Shown: positions 1 to 9,993 of the stretch, one piece after another
How positions within the stretch are numbered: position 1 is the stretch's first letter
Layout: every line of letters begins with the position of its first letter
Origin: Ignavibacteriales bacterium
Lineage (GTDB): Bacteria > Bacteroidota > Ignavibacteria > Ignavibacteriales > Melioribacteraceae
DNA: 64,000 bases
Direction: 5' to 3'
Assembly: GCA_016177735.1 (NCBI GenBank)
Contig: JACOUS010000026.1
Location: 2,375 to 66,374 of the forward strand
Position numbers and translations under genes: made by a program
Notes under the pieces: model-generated
What the model was told of the DNA's origin: nothing
What the model saw: only the letters and a program-made list of their open reading frames with translations
The model's database searches: none

Positions 1-674
1 TTAGACATGATAAAATAGACAACAAACAATCCGGCAACCGTTAACACAACATAAACCCAAAAGACGCCGAGTATGCTTGAAGCTTTTCTAACCGGCGGAG
101 AAATTAATCCGGGTAAAAATCCGCCGAGATTCATCAAAGCATACAACATCGCGTAACCCATCGCGGCAGTTTTTTCGTTCGTTAATTTTTTTACTCCGGC
201 GTAACAAGCCGGCTGATAAATTCCGTAACCTAAAACGATTCCCAATATTCCGAGCATCGAAAAAATATGAGCGGAGCCCCACAAACCGGGCGCGCCGATA
301 TTAGGCGCAACGGAAAGTAAAATTCTGCCGACAAGCATAAAAGATAGAGCGGCAAGCAGAGCTTTTCTTAACCCGATCCAATCAACAGTTGCACCGAGAA
401 ACAACATGCTGAGTGTAATTCCCGCGGTTAAAACTCCTACCATATTTCCGGCTCGGATATCATCGAGCTGAACATATTCATTAAAAAATATTGCGAGTAA
501 TCCGACAACACCAAAGTAAGTTAATCCTTCGAGAACGTAAGATAAATTCAATCCGAAAAGCGCGCGCGAAGTATGAAACAGATCGATGAACGGCTGGGTG
601 ATTTCTTCCAAAGTTTTTTGCAAGATGCTTTTTTCTTGCACGGTTTGTTCTTGTGTGAATTGTTCTTGCGACAT
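1..674 (-). CDS. MFS transporter (POT/peptide-transporter-like), 3'-truncated at window edge
   Basis: Not in the ORF track. Manual translation from ATG 674 gives MSQEQFTQEQ...SYVLEGLTYFG...GATVDWIGLRKALL (MFS motif A-like)...GYAMLYALMNLGG, open to position 1, with many hydrophobic helices. Confidence 0.8.
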   Translation of the reverse strand, partial: MSQEQFTQEQTVQEKSILQKTLEEITQPFIDLFHTSRALFGLNLSYVLEGLTYFGVVGLLAIFFNEYVQLDDIRAGNMVGVLTAGITLSMLFLGATVDWIGLRKALLAALSFMLVGRILLSVAPNIGAPGLWGSAHIFSMLGILGIVLGYGIYQPACYAGVKKLTNEKTAAMGYAMLYALMNLGGFLPGLISPPVRKASSILGVFWVYVVLTVAGLFVVYFIMS

Positions 675-704
675 AATTGCCTCTGTCAATCGTTAAAAGA
701 AATA

Positions 705-1721
705 TTATATGATGCTTACCTCATAATCGAGTTTTATATTGAAACCATAATTAACTGCATTGCGGATTTTTTCTGCAAATGCACGTATCTCTTCGCCGCC
801 GGCATTTCCATAATTCACTATTACCAATGCTTGTTTTTCGTAACAGCCTATATTGCCGATCCGCTTCCCTTTGTAGCCGCATTTTTCAATTAACCATCCG
901 GCTGGAATTTTAAAACTATCATCACCGGTTTTATAAAAAGTTATATCGGGATATTTTTTTTGTATTTGTGCAAGCTGTGTGCTGCCAATTTCAGGGTTTT
1001 TGAAGAAGCTTCCGGCGTTGCCGATTTTTTTCGGGTCGGGCAATTTGCTTTCACGTATTTCACGAACCGTTGCGGCTACTTCATAAATAGTAAGCTTATC
1101 GGGATTGATATCCCCAAGTTGTTCTTGAAGCGCTTTGTACGAAAGGTTGAATTTTTTCTCTTTGCTCAATCTCAAAACAACTTTGGTGATCAGGAATTTA
1201 TTCTTCAATTCTTTTTTGAAAATGCTGTCGCGGTAACCGAAACGGCAATCCGTTTTGCTGAATTTTCTTTTCTCTTTCGTATCGAGGAAATATCCTTCGA
1301 GATTATCGAACACATCTTTCAGTTCAACGCCGTATGCGCCGATATTCTGAATCGGTGCGGCGCCAACTTCTCCGGGAATCAACGAAAGGTTTTCAATCCC
1401 ATAAAAATTTTTTTCGATACAAAAAGTAACAAGGTCGTCCCACAATTCGCCGGCGCTCGATTCGACAAAAACATAGCTTGAGTTTTCTTCGATAATTTTT
1501 ATCCCTTTTGCGGGATAGCGCAGAATTGTCCCGTCGTAATTTTTTGTGAAGAGAACATTACTGCCGCCGCCGAGAATCATCGGGTTCCGCTTTGGCGCTT
1601 CCTTTGAATCAAGATATTCCAGCAGATCATTTTCGTCTTCAAGTTCGATAAAATGTTTGGCTTTGGCATCGACGCCAAGTGTATTGAGCTGCTTCAGTGA
1701 AAAGTCTTCCTGAATTATCAT
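705..1721 (-). CDS. murB: UDP-N-acetylenolpyruvoylglucosamine reductase
   Basis: LGGGSNVLF, GIENLSLIPG, NIGAYG, FGYRDSIFK, GNAGSFFKNP and QALVIVN motifs. Confidence 0.97.
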   Translation of the reverse strand: MIIQEDFSLKQLNTLGVDAKAKHFIELEDENDLLEYLDSKEAPKRNPMILGGGSNVLFTKNYDGTILRYPAKGIKIIEENSSYVFVESSAGELWDDLVTFCIEKNFYGIENLSLIPGEVGAAPIQNIGAYGVELKDVFDNLEGYFLDTKEKRKFSKTDCRFGYRDSIFKKELKNKFLITKVVLRLSKEKKFNLSYKALQEQLGDINPDKLTIYEVAATVREIRESKLPDPKKIGNAGSFFKNPEIGSTQLAQIQKKYPDITFYKTGDDSFKIPAGWLIEKCGYKGKRIGNIGCYEKQALVIVNYGNAGGEEIRAFAEKIRNAVNYGFNIKLDYEVSII

Positions 1722-1934
1722 GTAGTTCCATTTTGGTTTGAAATCGGGTTAATCAAAAAACAACCGAATTGTGTTCACTATAAAAAAGCTCACAAATAAT
1801 TCTCCGCGAACTCTGCGGTAAAAATCCGCCGCGGCGGATTTCAAGCAAAGATCGCAAAAAAGAAAAATAAGATTTTAATTTGAGCAGCATAGCAGCGCAT
1901 AGTTCAAAATTTTCGTTCAAAATATAAATCCGCT

Positions 1935-4331
1935 TTATTCGTTTTTCCAATTAATATTTTTTATCGATAAGCCGTCCGATTGTAAAAGTATTGCGCCGGA
2001 TTTGTCCGTGCGAAATACCTCAATATTGTTTTCTTTCAACCTCTCAATTATTTCCGGGCTCGGGTGATTAAACTTGTTCAATATTCCGGAAGAGATAATT
2101 GCAAATTGCGGCATTACAAAATTTAGAAACTGCGGCGATGTACTTGTTTTACTTCCATGATGACCGGTTTTCAAAACATTGCTTCTCAAAAATTCAGGAT
2201 AGTTCAGTGAATAATATTTTTCCGCTTTCGCGCCGGCGTCTCCGGTAAACAAAAATGAAGTTTTACCGTAAACAATTTTCAACATTCCGCTTTTATCGTT
2301 TGTACCGAACGATTCAAAATACGTACTCGCAGTATCGTTCAAAATGTAAATCTGTGCATTAGAAATTTTCACAACTCCTTTGCCGTAATATTTAATAGGA
2401 ATTTTTTGTTCGCGTATTATCTTTTCAAGCTCAACATCTTTATCGAGCGTTGAATCGGCTTTAGGTTTGTAGAGTGTTCTAAATTTATTTTGGCGTATCA
2501 AGTAAATTAATCCGCGGTAGTGGTCTGAGTCCACATGCGAGATAAATCCGTAATCAATTTTGCCGATGTCCAATCGTTCGAGCAGAGGTGCAATTACCTT
2601 TTCGCCATTATCGAAATAAGCATTTGCATCTCCGCCGTCTATCAATGCCGTTTCGCCGTTCGGAAATTTTATGAGGAACGAATCGCCCTGACCGATATCT
2701 ATCGCCATCACCGATAATTTCCCATCGGGCAACAATTCTTTGTTATCAATTCTTAAAAGCAAAGCGGCGGAAAGTAGTGTTAATGCAGCAACAAAAATTT
2801 TTGCCGGCTTTCCCGCCAGTTTCTTCCACGCAGCAAATATGAAAGCAAGAATTACGTAGAACAGTATTCCATCGTACAAACTGAATTGGTTGATTGCGAT
2901 AAACGAATTTTTGAGCTTGCCGAAAAAATCAACGAGCCAATAGAGAACAAAAGTAAGCGACTCATTCGCTGAAGCATAAACGAGACCGAGATAATTTGAG
3001 ATCGTTCCAATTGCAATTGTAAAAATTCCGAGACCGACCACAAATCCGCTGAGCGGAATAACAAACATGTTTGCAATGAGCGCGATGAGAGAGAGTTTAT
3101 GAAAATAAACAAGTGTGAACGGCAGTGTTCCGATTTGCGCCGCGAGCGACACTGTGCAGAAAAGTAAAATATATTTCAACACACGGGATTTGAGTTTCAT
3201 GTTATAAATGTACCGGCTGAACGGCGGGTAAAGAATGATGATTGCAAGTATCGCCGAGAACGAAAGTTGAAAACCCGGATTGAAAAGATCACCCGGACTG
3301 AAGATGAGAATAACCAACGCAGCCAAACACAAAGAATTAGTATTGCTTGGGCTTCTGCCGGAAAGCGGCGCAGATAGAAGTGCCAATCCCATTATTGCAG
3401 AGCGTGTAACCGGCGGCTGGAAATATGTTATTGCAGTATAAATCAAAAGTCCGGTGAACGTAAAAACAAACCGCGAATAAACGTTGAACCTTTTGAACAT
3501 CACAACAAAAATTAAAATAATAAACCCAACATGAAGCCCTGAGACAGAGAGAACATGCACAACACCGGCATTCACAAACTCACTTTCAATTTCGTAATCG
3601 ATCATACTTCTATCGCCAAGCAGTAAACCGCGCAGTAACCCGCCGGTAGTTTTATTGTGCAGTCGCAAAATTTGTTTGTCGATTGCTTTTCGTATTTCGA
3701 AAATGAAATTATCGTAAGCGTTGATTGAATGTCCGGTGATTTCAACATTGCTCGCATTGTTGATAATAAGCAATGATGAAAAACCTTTTTCGAGAATATA
3801 CTTTTCGTAATCGAACTCACCGGGATTCCTTTCGTTGCGTGCGCGGAAAATATTCCCTTTGCAGATAACTTTATTGCCGACTGCAAGCGAGCCGTACTTC
3901 TTTTCTATTTTGTTTTTGGAATCTCGCAGCGAGCAGATAAATTTTAGTTTGCCCGAAGCTGTCAGCGAACCAATTTTCATAGAATCGGATTCGACATTAA
4001 AAATTATTCTCTCGTCTCTTATTAACTCGATGTTCGTAACAGTTCCGTAAAGAAAAACATTGGGGTATTTCTGCTGTGCAAAAGGATAGACTGCTTTTTC
4101 GTTTTTGAATTCCGAGTAATAAAGCATCGAGCAAAAGATAATTGCAAGTGCAAGCAGAATATTTTTCGCCGCAATAAATTGATCTTTGTAAATAAGTGAG
4201 AGAGCAAGTGTAGAAATTATCAGCAAGATAGATGCAAAAAGCAGAGCGCTTTGTGCAATTCCCCAAATTGATTGGAGTATGATACCGCAGATAAAATAGA
4301 TTATAAATTTTACAAGCGGATAATCATTCAA
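1935..4331 (-). CDS. comEC: DNA internalization competence protein ComEC/Rec2
   Basis: RNPGEFDY, GVVHVLSVSGLHVG, GFQLSF competence domain; C-terminal metallo-beta-lactamase fold (DIGQGD, SHVDSDH, FTGD, GHHGS). Confidence 0.95.
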   Translation of the reverse strand: MNDYPLVKFIIYFICGIILQSIWGIAQSALLFASILLIISTLALSLIYKDQFIAAKNILLALAIIFCSMLYYSEFKNEKAVYPFAQQKYPNVFLYGTVTNIELIRDERIIFNVESDSMKIGSLTASGKLKFICSLRDSKNKIEKKYGSLAVGNKVICKGNIFRARNERNPGEFDYEKYILEKGFSSLLIINNASNVEITGHSINAYDNFIFEIRKAIDKQILRLHNKTTGGLLRGLLLGDRSMIDYEIESEFVNAGVVHVLSVSGLHVGFIILIFVVMFKRFNVYSRFVFTFTGLLIYTAITYFQPPVTRSAIMGLALLSAPLSGRSPSNTNSLCLAALVILIFSPGDLFNPGFQLSFSAILAIIILYPPFSRYIYNMKLKSRVLKYILLFCTVSLAAQIGTLPFTLVYFHKLSLIALIANMFVIPLSGFVVGLGIFTIAIGTISNYLGLVYASANESLTFVLYWLVDFFGKLKNSFIAINQFSLYDGILFYVILAFIFAAWKKLAGKPAKIFVAALTLLSAALLLRIDNKELLPDGKLSVMAIDIGQGDSFLIKFPNGETALIDGGDANAYFDNGEKVIAPLLERLDIGKIDYGFISHVDSDHYRGLIYLIRQNKFRTLYKPKADSTLDKDVELEKIIREQKIPIKYYGKGVVKISNAQIYILNDTASTYFESFGTNDKSGMLKIVYGKTSFLFTGDAGAKAEKYYSLNYPEFLRSNVLKTGHHGSKTSTSPQFLNFVMPQFAIISSGILNKFNHPSPEIIERLKENNIEVFRTDKSGAILLQSDGLSIKNINWKNE

Positions 4332-5230
4332 TCATACATCTCCATTATTGCCGGTTTGATGTGGTAAAGTTTTTTAATCTTCTTAGCGAGAGTTTTTGCG
4401 TTATAACCGAATGCCATGCCGAGTGCCGGGTTCAGTGTGTGCATTTTGATCGAAAGGTCTTCAAAATTTCCATGATCAGAACAAACAACAAGCGTCATTT
4501 TCTTGCCGAGATTTTTTATTGCGTGCAAAAGAAATTCATCGAGTGTTCGTAATGTGTGTTCAAGATATTCTGCCGCTCTTCCGTGTCCCAAATGATCCAT
4601 GTGGAAAATTTCAAAAACCGTGAGATGATTTTGCGAACCGATTCTCAAAAGACGTTCTGCGGCTTTCTGCGGCGGGATTACCGGAAGTTTGTAATTCATC
4701 TTTTCGACAAATCTGATATTATCGATATCAGCCGCAAGTGCTTTGCCGCTGCGGAGATCGGCAATCTTGTTCAATTTGATTCCGCTCAGCAGGCAGCTTA
4801 AAGTTGTTACACTTAATCTTCTTCTGCCCGAATTTATATACTCAAAAAATACTTTTGGATATGCGTTAACAAACGAAACTTTTTTTCTTCGTTTTTTAAA
4901 CTCATGAAAAATATTTTTCTCTTTTATGATCGGAACCAAAGTTGAATACGGGTACGGACCGAAATGCTGCCCGATTATTTTCGGTGCATTCACACCGCAG
5001 AAGATCGAAGTTTGCCCCGTGCCGCTTAGCGGAATTTTCGGCACGCCCATAGATGCATCAACCGGGAATACAAAACCGTTTTCACTTTTCAATTTTTGTT
5101 TTTCGAGATGAGGAATCTCTCCGAAAATTTCCGTAAATGTTTTGAACCCGTACTTGAAAAAAGGATTGGACTCGTAATCCTTCTTCCCGATTCCGACACC
5201 ATCGATAAATATTAGAATTGTTGAGTGCAA
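4328..5230 (-). CDS. Alkaline phosphatase-superfamily metalloenzyme (cofactor-independent phosphoglycerate mutase-like)
   Basis: IFIDGVGIG N-terminus, P-x-SGTGQT, DHLGH, SDHGN and HTLNP metal-binding motifs; TTG start. Confidence 0.75.
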   Translation of the reverse strand: MHSTILIFIDGVGIGKKDYESNPFFKYGFKTFTEIFGEIPHLEKQKLKSENGFVFPVDASMGVPKIPLSGTGQTSIFCGVNAPKIIGQHFGPYPYSTLVPIIKEKNIFHEFKKRRKKVSFVNAYPKVFFEYINSGRRRLSVTTLSCLLSGIKLNKIADLRSGKALAADIDNIRFVEKMNYKLPVIPPQKAAERLLRIGSQNHLTVFEIFHMDHLGHGRAAEYLEHTLRTLDEFLLHAIKNLGKKMTLVVCSDHGNFEDLSIKMHTLNPALGMAFGYNAKTLAKKIKKLYHIKPAIMEMYD

Positions 5231-5293
5231 ATTAGAAGTCCTTTTTTTTCAGCCACCCTATATCCCCCTCGGAGGGGGAATAAAAGTGGGAGG

Positions 5294-5743
5294 TCATTTT
5301 GATTCGACCAAAACAGTAACGGGACCGTCGTTAAAAATTTTTACGAGCATCATAGCGGAAAAAATTCCGCTTTTAATTTTTTCATCGCCAAGATTTTGTT
5401 TCATCCGCAGAATAAATTTTTCGTAAAGTTCTTTTGCCGATTCCGGCTTTGCTGCATCGGTAAAGTTTGGTCTGTTCCCTTTCCGTGCATCTCCGTACAA
5501 AGTGAACTGCGAAATAACAAGCACTTCTCCGCCGGTATCTTTCAGCGATAAATTCATCTTTCCGTTTTCATCTTCGAATATTCGTAGGTTGGAACATTTA
5601 TCGGCAGCAAAATTCATATCGTCCTCACTATCACCTTCTTTAACGCCGAGCAGAATTACCATTCCTTTCCCGATTGATGCGGAATAATTTTCAGATTCTA
5701 TTTCGACGGAACCTTCCGTAACCCGTTGAACCAAAGCCCTCAT
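5294..5743 (-). CDS. dtd: D-aminoacyl-tRNA deacylase
   Basis: MRALVQRV, SQFTL, KGNRP, NDGPVT signatures. Confidence 0.97.
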   Translation of the reverse strand: MRALVQRVTEGSVEIESENYSASIGKGMVILLGVKEGDSEDDMNFAADKCSNLRIFEDENGKMNLSLKDTGGEVLVISQFTLYGDARKGNRPNFTDAAKPESAKELYEKFILRMKQNLGDEKIKSGIFSAMMLVKIFNDGPVTVLVESK

Positions 5744-6591
5744 TGTTTTATTCCGTAAATGATTCGATCAATTAACTGGTAATCTTTTTGTATTTGAATT
5801 TCCGTGAAGCCGTTCTCTCTTAGAATATCTGCTACGGCTTGTGACTGCCCGATTCCGATTTCAAAGAATAATTTTCCACCGCTTGTTAAATTTTTTGATG
5901 CAAACCCGGAAATTTTTTTGTAAAACTTCAGTCCGTCTTCGGAATCGGTAACGGCATTGCGCGGTTCGTATTCCGTTATCTCTTTTTGAAGCTGTTCGTA
6001 TTCTTCGGAAGAAACATACGGCGGATTCGAAACGATTAGATCAAAAACGATTCCTCTGAAATCAACATTGTTCAAAATATCTTTTTGAATAAACTCAACG
6101 TTATGAACATCATTCAACCCGGCATTTTGTTTTGCAGTGTCGAGTGCGGAATCATTCACATCGATTGAAACAACGGAAGAATTTTCCAAATATTTTGCGA
6201 GTGCAATTGCAATGTTGCCGCTGCCGGTTCCGATATCAAGAATTTTTGTGTTGGGAATTTCTTTGTACTGTTCGATAATAATTTCGACAAGCAATTCTGT
6301 TTCGGGACGCGGAATTAAAACCGAAGAATCGACATTCAACCGTAATCCGAAAAAATCGACTGTGCCGGTAATGTATTGAAGCGGCTCGTACTTTCCGCGC
6401 CGCGCAATGTATTCGCGGTATTGATCGGTTTCATTCTGCTTAAGCGGCTGATCGAATTTCAAATACAAATCGAGCCGGCTGCAATTTAGAATATGCGCAA
6501 GAAGAAGTTCTGCATTTGTTCGTGCAGATTCGATCCCCTTCTTTTCCAAATATTCCGTTGAAAGTTTTATTGCTTCTAGTACAGTGAGCAT
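5740..6591 (-). CDS. prmC: Release factor glutamine methyltransferase
   Basis: EPLQYI, VLIPRPETE, LDIGTGSG, VSNPPY, EIG motifs. Confidence 0.96.
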   Translation of the reverse strand: MLTVLEAIKLSTEYLEKKGIESARTNAELLLAHILNCSRLDLYLKFDQPLKQNETDQYREYIARRGKYEPLQYITGTVDFFGLRLNVDSSVLIPRPETELLVEIIIEQYKEIPNTKILDIGTGSGNIAIALAKYLENSSVVSIDVNDSALDTAKQNAGLNDVHNVEFIQKDILNNVDFRGIVFDLIVSNPPYVSSEEYEQLQKEITEYEPRNAVTDSEDGLKFYKKISGFASKNLTSGGKLFFEIGIGQSQAVADILRENGFTEIQIQKDYQLIDRIIYGIKQ

Positions 6592-6803
6592 AAGAAATTA
6601 TTTTTTGTGCGTTTCAATATAACAAAGCTTTGCAAAAAATAATTGAGTGTTTTTCGGAGGACAATATAGAGTGACGAGTGCAGAACGTAGAGCTTGCCCG
6701 GCGAAGACGGGTAAAGAATGGAGACTTAAAACAATCTGAAAATTTATGCTCACAATTGGCTTAGCAAATCAACTATAATTTCTTAAACTCTACGTTCACA
6801 GTA

Positions 6804-8150
6804 CTATTTTTTGTAGGTCGTAAGAAGATAGTCTGCAACAGCTTCGGCTTCTTTCGGTTTCAAACCTTGATTTGGCATTGCGGGATAATCCGGATTAACT
6901 TTTACCGGGTTCATAATAAATTTGATCAGCTGATCGCGTTTGCCATCGTACTTCGGCAAAGTTTCGTTGTACGGTGGTCCAACAAGTTTTTGATCAAACT
7001 TATGGCATGCAATACATTTGCCGTTGTAAATATCCGCTCCGCTGATTGCTTCAACAGCTAGCCCGTATTCCTCTTTAATTTTATTTTGATATTCCTCGTA
7101 GTTAGCCGCCAGCATCGCAAATTGTTTTTTGGTCGAAGTATCAAACGCAAATTGATCTTTGATAACAATAAACGTGAACACGCCGACGAATAAATAAATC
7201 ACCATCGAGCTGAATTTTACGCTGGATTCTTTTATCATCACGTAAAACAAAATGCTGATGAACAAAAGTAAAAAGAGTGCAGCGAGCGATGCACCAAACA
7301 TATTGAACGAAAGCGATTCAACCGGTTTGGAAAAAATGTTCAATATTATCAAAGCCGGAAGAATGATTGTTGCGATTAATCCGGTCTTGAGAGAAAAGTT
7401 TTTTACAAACTCGATGCTGCCTGAGGAAGAATGTTCCTTGCCGGAATTCGATCTGAAATTTCTATAAAGAGTGTACGCAGAAGTCAAACCGATTGAAGCG
7501 GCGAGAAATTGCAAGAAGTAAGTTATCGTATCGAGCGAAATGATTATCGAAATCAAGTCGCTGCCGTTTTGCCAATTACTTGTATCGACTGCAGATTGTA
7601 CTGCACCGATAAACATATATATCGCAATAGTCAGAAAAATAATTCCGTACCAGCCGGCACGTTTGTGCAAATGCGACGTTCTAAAATTGTATGATTCGAG
7701 TTCTTCGATGATGCCGCTTTGTGAATCAGATTTGTTGGAAGCGAATTCAAAAATTTCTTTCAAGTGATAAGTGTACTTGTAAGTGTAAATCAGAATCACA
7801 GCCGCAAGCAAAAACAAAAATGAAATCAGTATATATCCCGGTACATTCAAACCGGAAAGATGAAGAAGCTGGGCGTAGCAGAATGCGGCACTGAGCATCG
7901 GAACCAAACCGAGAGCAAACGCAACTCCTTTGTTGAATGTAACCTGATCGATCAATTCTTTTGCGAAATGATAATACTTGTTATCGGAAGTCTTTGCCGA
8001 TTTTCTTTCAAAGTAAAGCGACAATGTTAACGAGCCGAATAACACGCTCAAATAAGGAATCAACAAAATAAAAGTGAGCACAAGAAGATATTTTAACAAT
8101 ACCATGTGATGTGCCGACTGCGGTAAAACAAGCTTATCTAAAAACTCCAT
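6804..8150 (-). CDS. Polytopic membrane protein with C-terminal monoheme cytochrome c domain
   Basis: About 9 hydrophobic segments followed by CIACH...VGPP...AMP class I cytochrome c domain; last gene of the oxidase cluster. Confidence 0.8.
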   Translation of the reverse strand: MEFLDKLVLPQSAHHMVLLKYLLVLTFILLIPYLSVLFGSLTLSLYFERKSAKTSDNKYYHFAKELIDQVTFNKGVAFALGLVPMLSAAFCYAQLLHLSGLNVPGYILISFLFLLAAVILIYTYKYTYHLKEIFEFASNKSDSQSGIIEELESYNFRTSHLHKRAGWYGIIFLTIAIYMFIGAVQSAVDTSNWQNGSDLISIIISLDTITYFLQFLAASIGLTSAYTLYRNFRSNSGKEHSSSGSIEFVKNFSLKTGLIATIILPALIILNIFSKPVESLSFNMFGASLAALFLLLFISILFYVMIKESSVKFSSMVIYLFVGVFTFIVIKDQFAFDTSTKKQFAMLAANYEEYQNKIKEEYGLAVEAISGADIYNGKCIACHKFDQKLVGPPYNETLPKYDGKRDQLIKFIMNPVKVNPDYPAMPNQGLKPKEAEAVADYLLTTYKK

Positions 8151-8161
8151 ATCTCCAACCG

Positions 8162-9043
8162 TTATAATTCGTTTAGTAAGAGTTTATCAATTGAAATAAT
8201 TATTATAACTGCAAGCACGTAAATGTTTATAGCAATAAATGCTTTTCTGAAAATTACTTTTTCGAGATAACCTGAAAGAATTTTTTTTGTATCGAGTACA
8301 AGCCAGACGCCGAGCGCAACCATTGCGGCAAAAGTATAAACGTGATAAGAAATATCGAGCAGAGGAATCAGCAGACTGCTTACTGCGAGGGCTGCAATCC
8401 AAATGTAAGTTATTCTGCTCAACTGTGATTCCGTAAAAGTTTTGTTCAAAGTCGGGAAGCCCGCTTTCTGGTAATCTTTGTAGTAGATCAAAAGCAGAAG
8501 CCAAAAGTGCGGGATCTGCCAGATAAAAAAGAAAAGAGCAATTGCCAAAATTTTGTAATCAAACGGAAATCCGCCCGAAGCCGCCCAGCCGATTACCGGC
8601 GGTATGGCACCGATTAATGCGCCGGGCACAACTGCAAGTGCATACTTTTTTTTCATCGGAGTGTAAATGAGATTATACCAAATCAAAGCCGTTACGCCGA
8701 GCAGCATCGCAGTAATATTGGATGAAAAATAAATTAACGCCAACCCGATTAACACAAGCGATGAAGCATAAATCAAAGCATTTGTTTCGGAAATTCTTCC
8801 GGATGGAAGCGGTCTTCCTTTTGTTCTGTCCATCAGCGCATCAGTTTTTCTTTCTTGATAATGATTGAATGCAGACGAGCCGCAAGCAAGTACAAAAACT
8901 CCGAACGATGGAAGCAGAATAGCCCACGTAAATTTTCCGGCGTGTTGTAAAAATCCGGCAGACGTTGACACCGCAACAAAGAATGTAATTCTAACTTTAC
9001 CGAGTTCTAAAAGAATATCAATATTTTCTTTTAAAGATTTCAA
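8162..9043 (-). CDS. ctaB: Protoheme IX farnesyltransferase (heme O synthase)
   Basis: DALMDRTKGRPLPSG, YTPMKK, GAIPPVIGW, FFIWQIPHFW motifs. Confidence 0.93.
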   Translation of the reverse strand: MKSLKENIDILLELGKVRITFFVAVSTSAGFLQHAGKFTWAILLPSFGVFVLACGSSAFNHYQERKTDALMDRTKGRPLPSGRISETNALIYASSLVLIGLALIYFSSNITAMLLGVTALIWYNLIYTPMKKKYALAVVPGALIGAIPPVIGWAASGGFPFDYKILAIALFFFIWQIPHFWLLLLIYYKDYQKAGFPTLNKTFTESQLSRITYIWIAALAVSSLLIPLLDISYHVYTFAAMVALGVWLVLDTKKILSGYLEKVIFRKAFIAINIYVLAVIIIISIDKLLLNEL

Positions 9044-9044
9044 A

Positions 9045-9680
9045 TCAATTTCCTATTCCGGCTTTAAGAGTTTCGGGCGCATTGCTGTTGTACCATGCCG
9101 TGTATTGAGTTTCAGGAAGTACAACAACTTTCGAGTACATCATCGAATGTTTCAAGCCGCAATATTCCGCACAAACAATATCATACGAGCCGGCTTGTTC
9201 CGGCTTGAAAAACAAATAATTGGTTCTGCCAACAATAGCATCTTCCTTAATTCTGAAAGAAGGGATGTAGAGGGAATGATTTACATCTTGCGAGAAGAGT
9301 TCCAATTTAATCGGCGTGCCGATCGGAACATAAAGAGTATCGCTTTTCTTTCCGTTGTCGTAATTAAATTCCCACTGCCACATTCTTGCTTGAACTTTTA
9401 TAATGTAAGCATCTTCGGGAACGTCTCTGATTTCTCTGAAGCCGGTGTAGCCGTAATAAAACATCGAGAGAACAAGCAGAGTCGGAATTACAATCCAAAC
9501 TATTTCAAGCAGAAGATTGCCGTGAATATCAACCGGCTGATGCCCTTTTTTTCTATGATATTTAAAAACAAAATAGATCATTGCGGCGGTAATTCCCAAA
9601 AGAAGAACTACCGAAATAGCAACGATATATATCATTATGAAATCAACCGTTTCAACATGTTGTGTTGGAGCTGGCGACAT
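9045..9680 (-). CDS. coxB: Cytochrome c oxidase subunit II (CuA, no fused heme c)
   Basis: Two TM helices, LEIVWIVIP, MWQWEF, DVNHS, CAEYCGLKHSMM CuA motif. Confidence 0.95.
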   Translation of the reverse strand: MSPAPTQHVETVDFIMIYIVAISVVLLLGITAAMIYFVFKYHRKKGHQPVDIHGNLLLEIVWIVIPTLLVLSMFYYGYTGFREIRDVPEDAYIIKVQARMWQWEFNYDNGKKSDTLYVPIGTPIKLELFSQDVNHSLYIPSFRIKEDAIVGRTNYLFFKPEQAGSYDIVCAEYCGLKHSMMYSKVVVLPETQYTAWYNSNAPETLKAGIGN

Positions 9681-9689
9681 TTACAAACC

Positions 9690-9989
9690 TCAACGATAAA
9701 TAAAATCAAAAAATGTTAGAGCGAAGATGACAACGAGCGTCATTCCGCTTAATGCCAAGAACACTTTGAAAATTTTCTCTTCGAACTTTATGTGCATGAA
9801 AATATTTACAACAAGCGAAGATTTAATTGCGGCAATCAATAACGCAACGAACAAAGTATAACGTCCTAAATTTACACCGGCAATTGTTACGGTAATCGAA
9901 GTAAAAGCAAGCAGAGCAAGCCAAACTAAGATGTAAGTTCCATAACCCGGATGATGATGTTTGTGTTTTGGATTTTCGTGCTGCATCAC
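9690..9989 (-). CDS. coxD: Cytochrome c oxidase subunit IV (COX4_pro-like)
   Basis: Three TM helices, IAAIKSSLVVNIFMHIKFE motif, located between subunits III and II. Confidence 0.85.
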   Translation of the reverse strand: MMQHENPKHKHHHPGYGTYILVWLALLAFTSITVTIAGVNLGRYTLFVALLIAAIKSSLVVNIFMHIKFEEKIFKVFLALSGMTLVVIFALTFFDFIYR

Positions 9990-9993
9990 TGCC

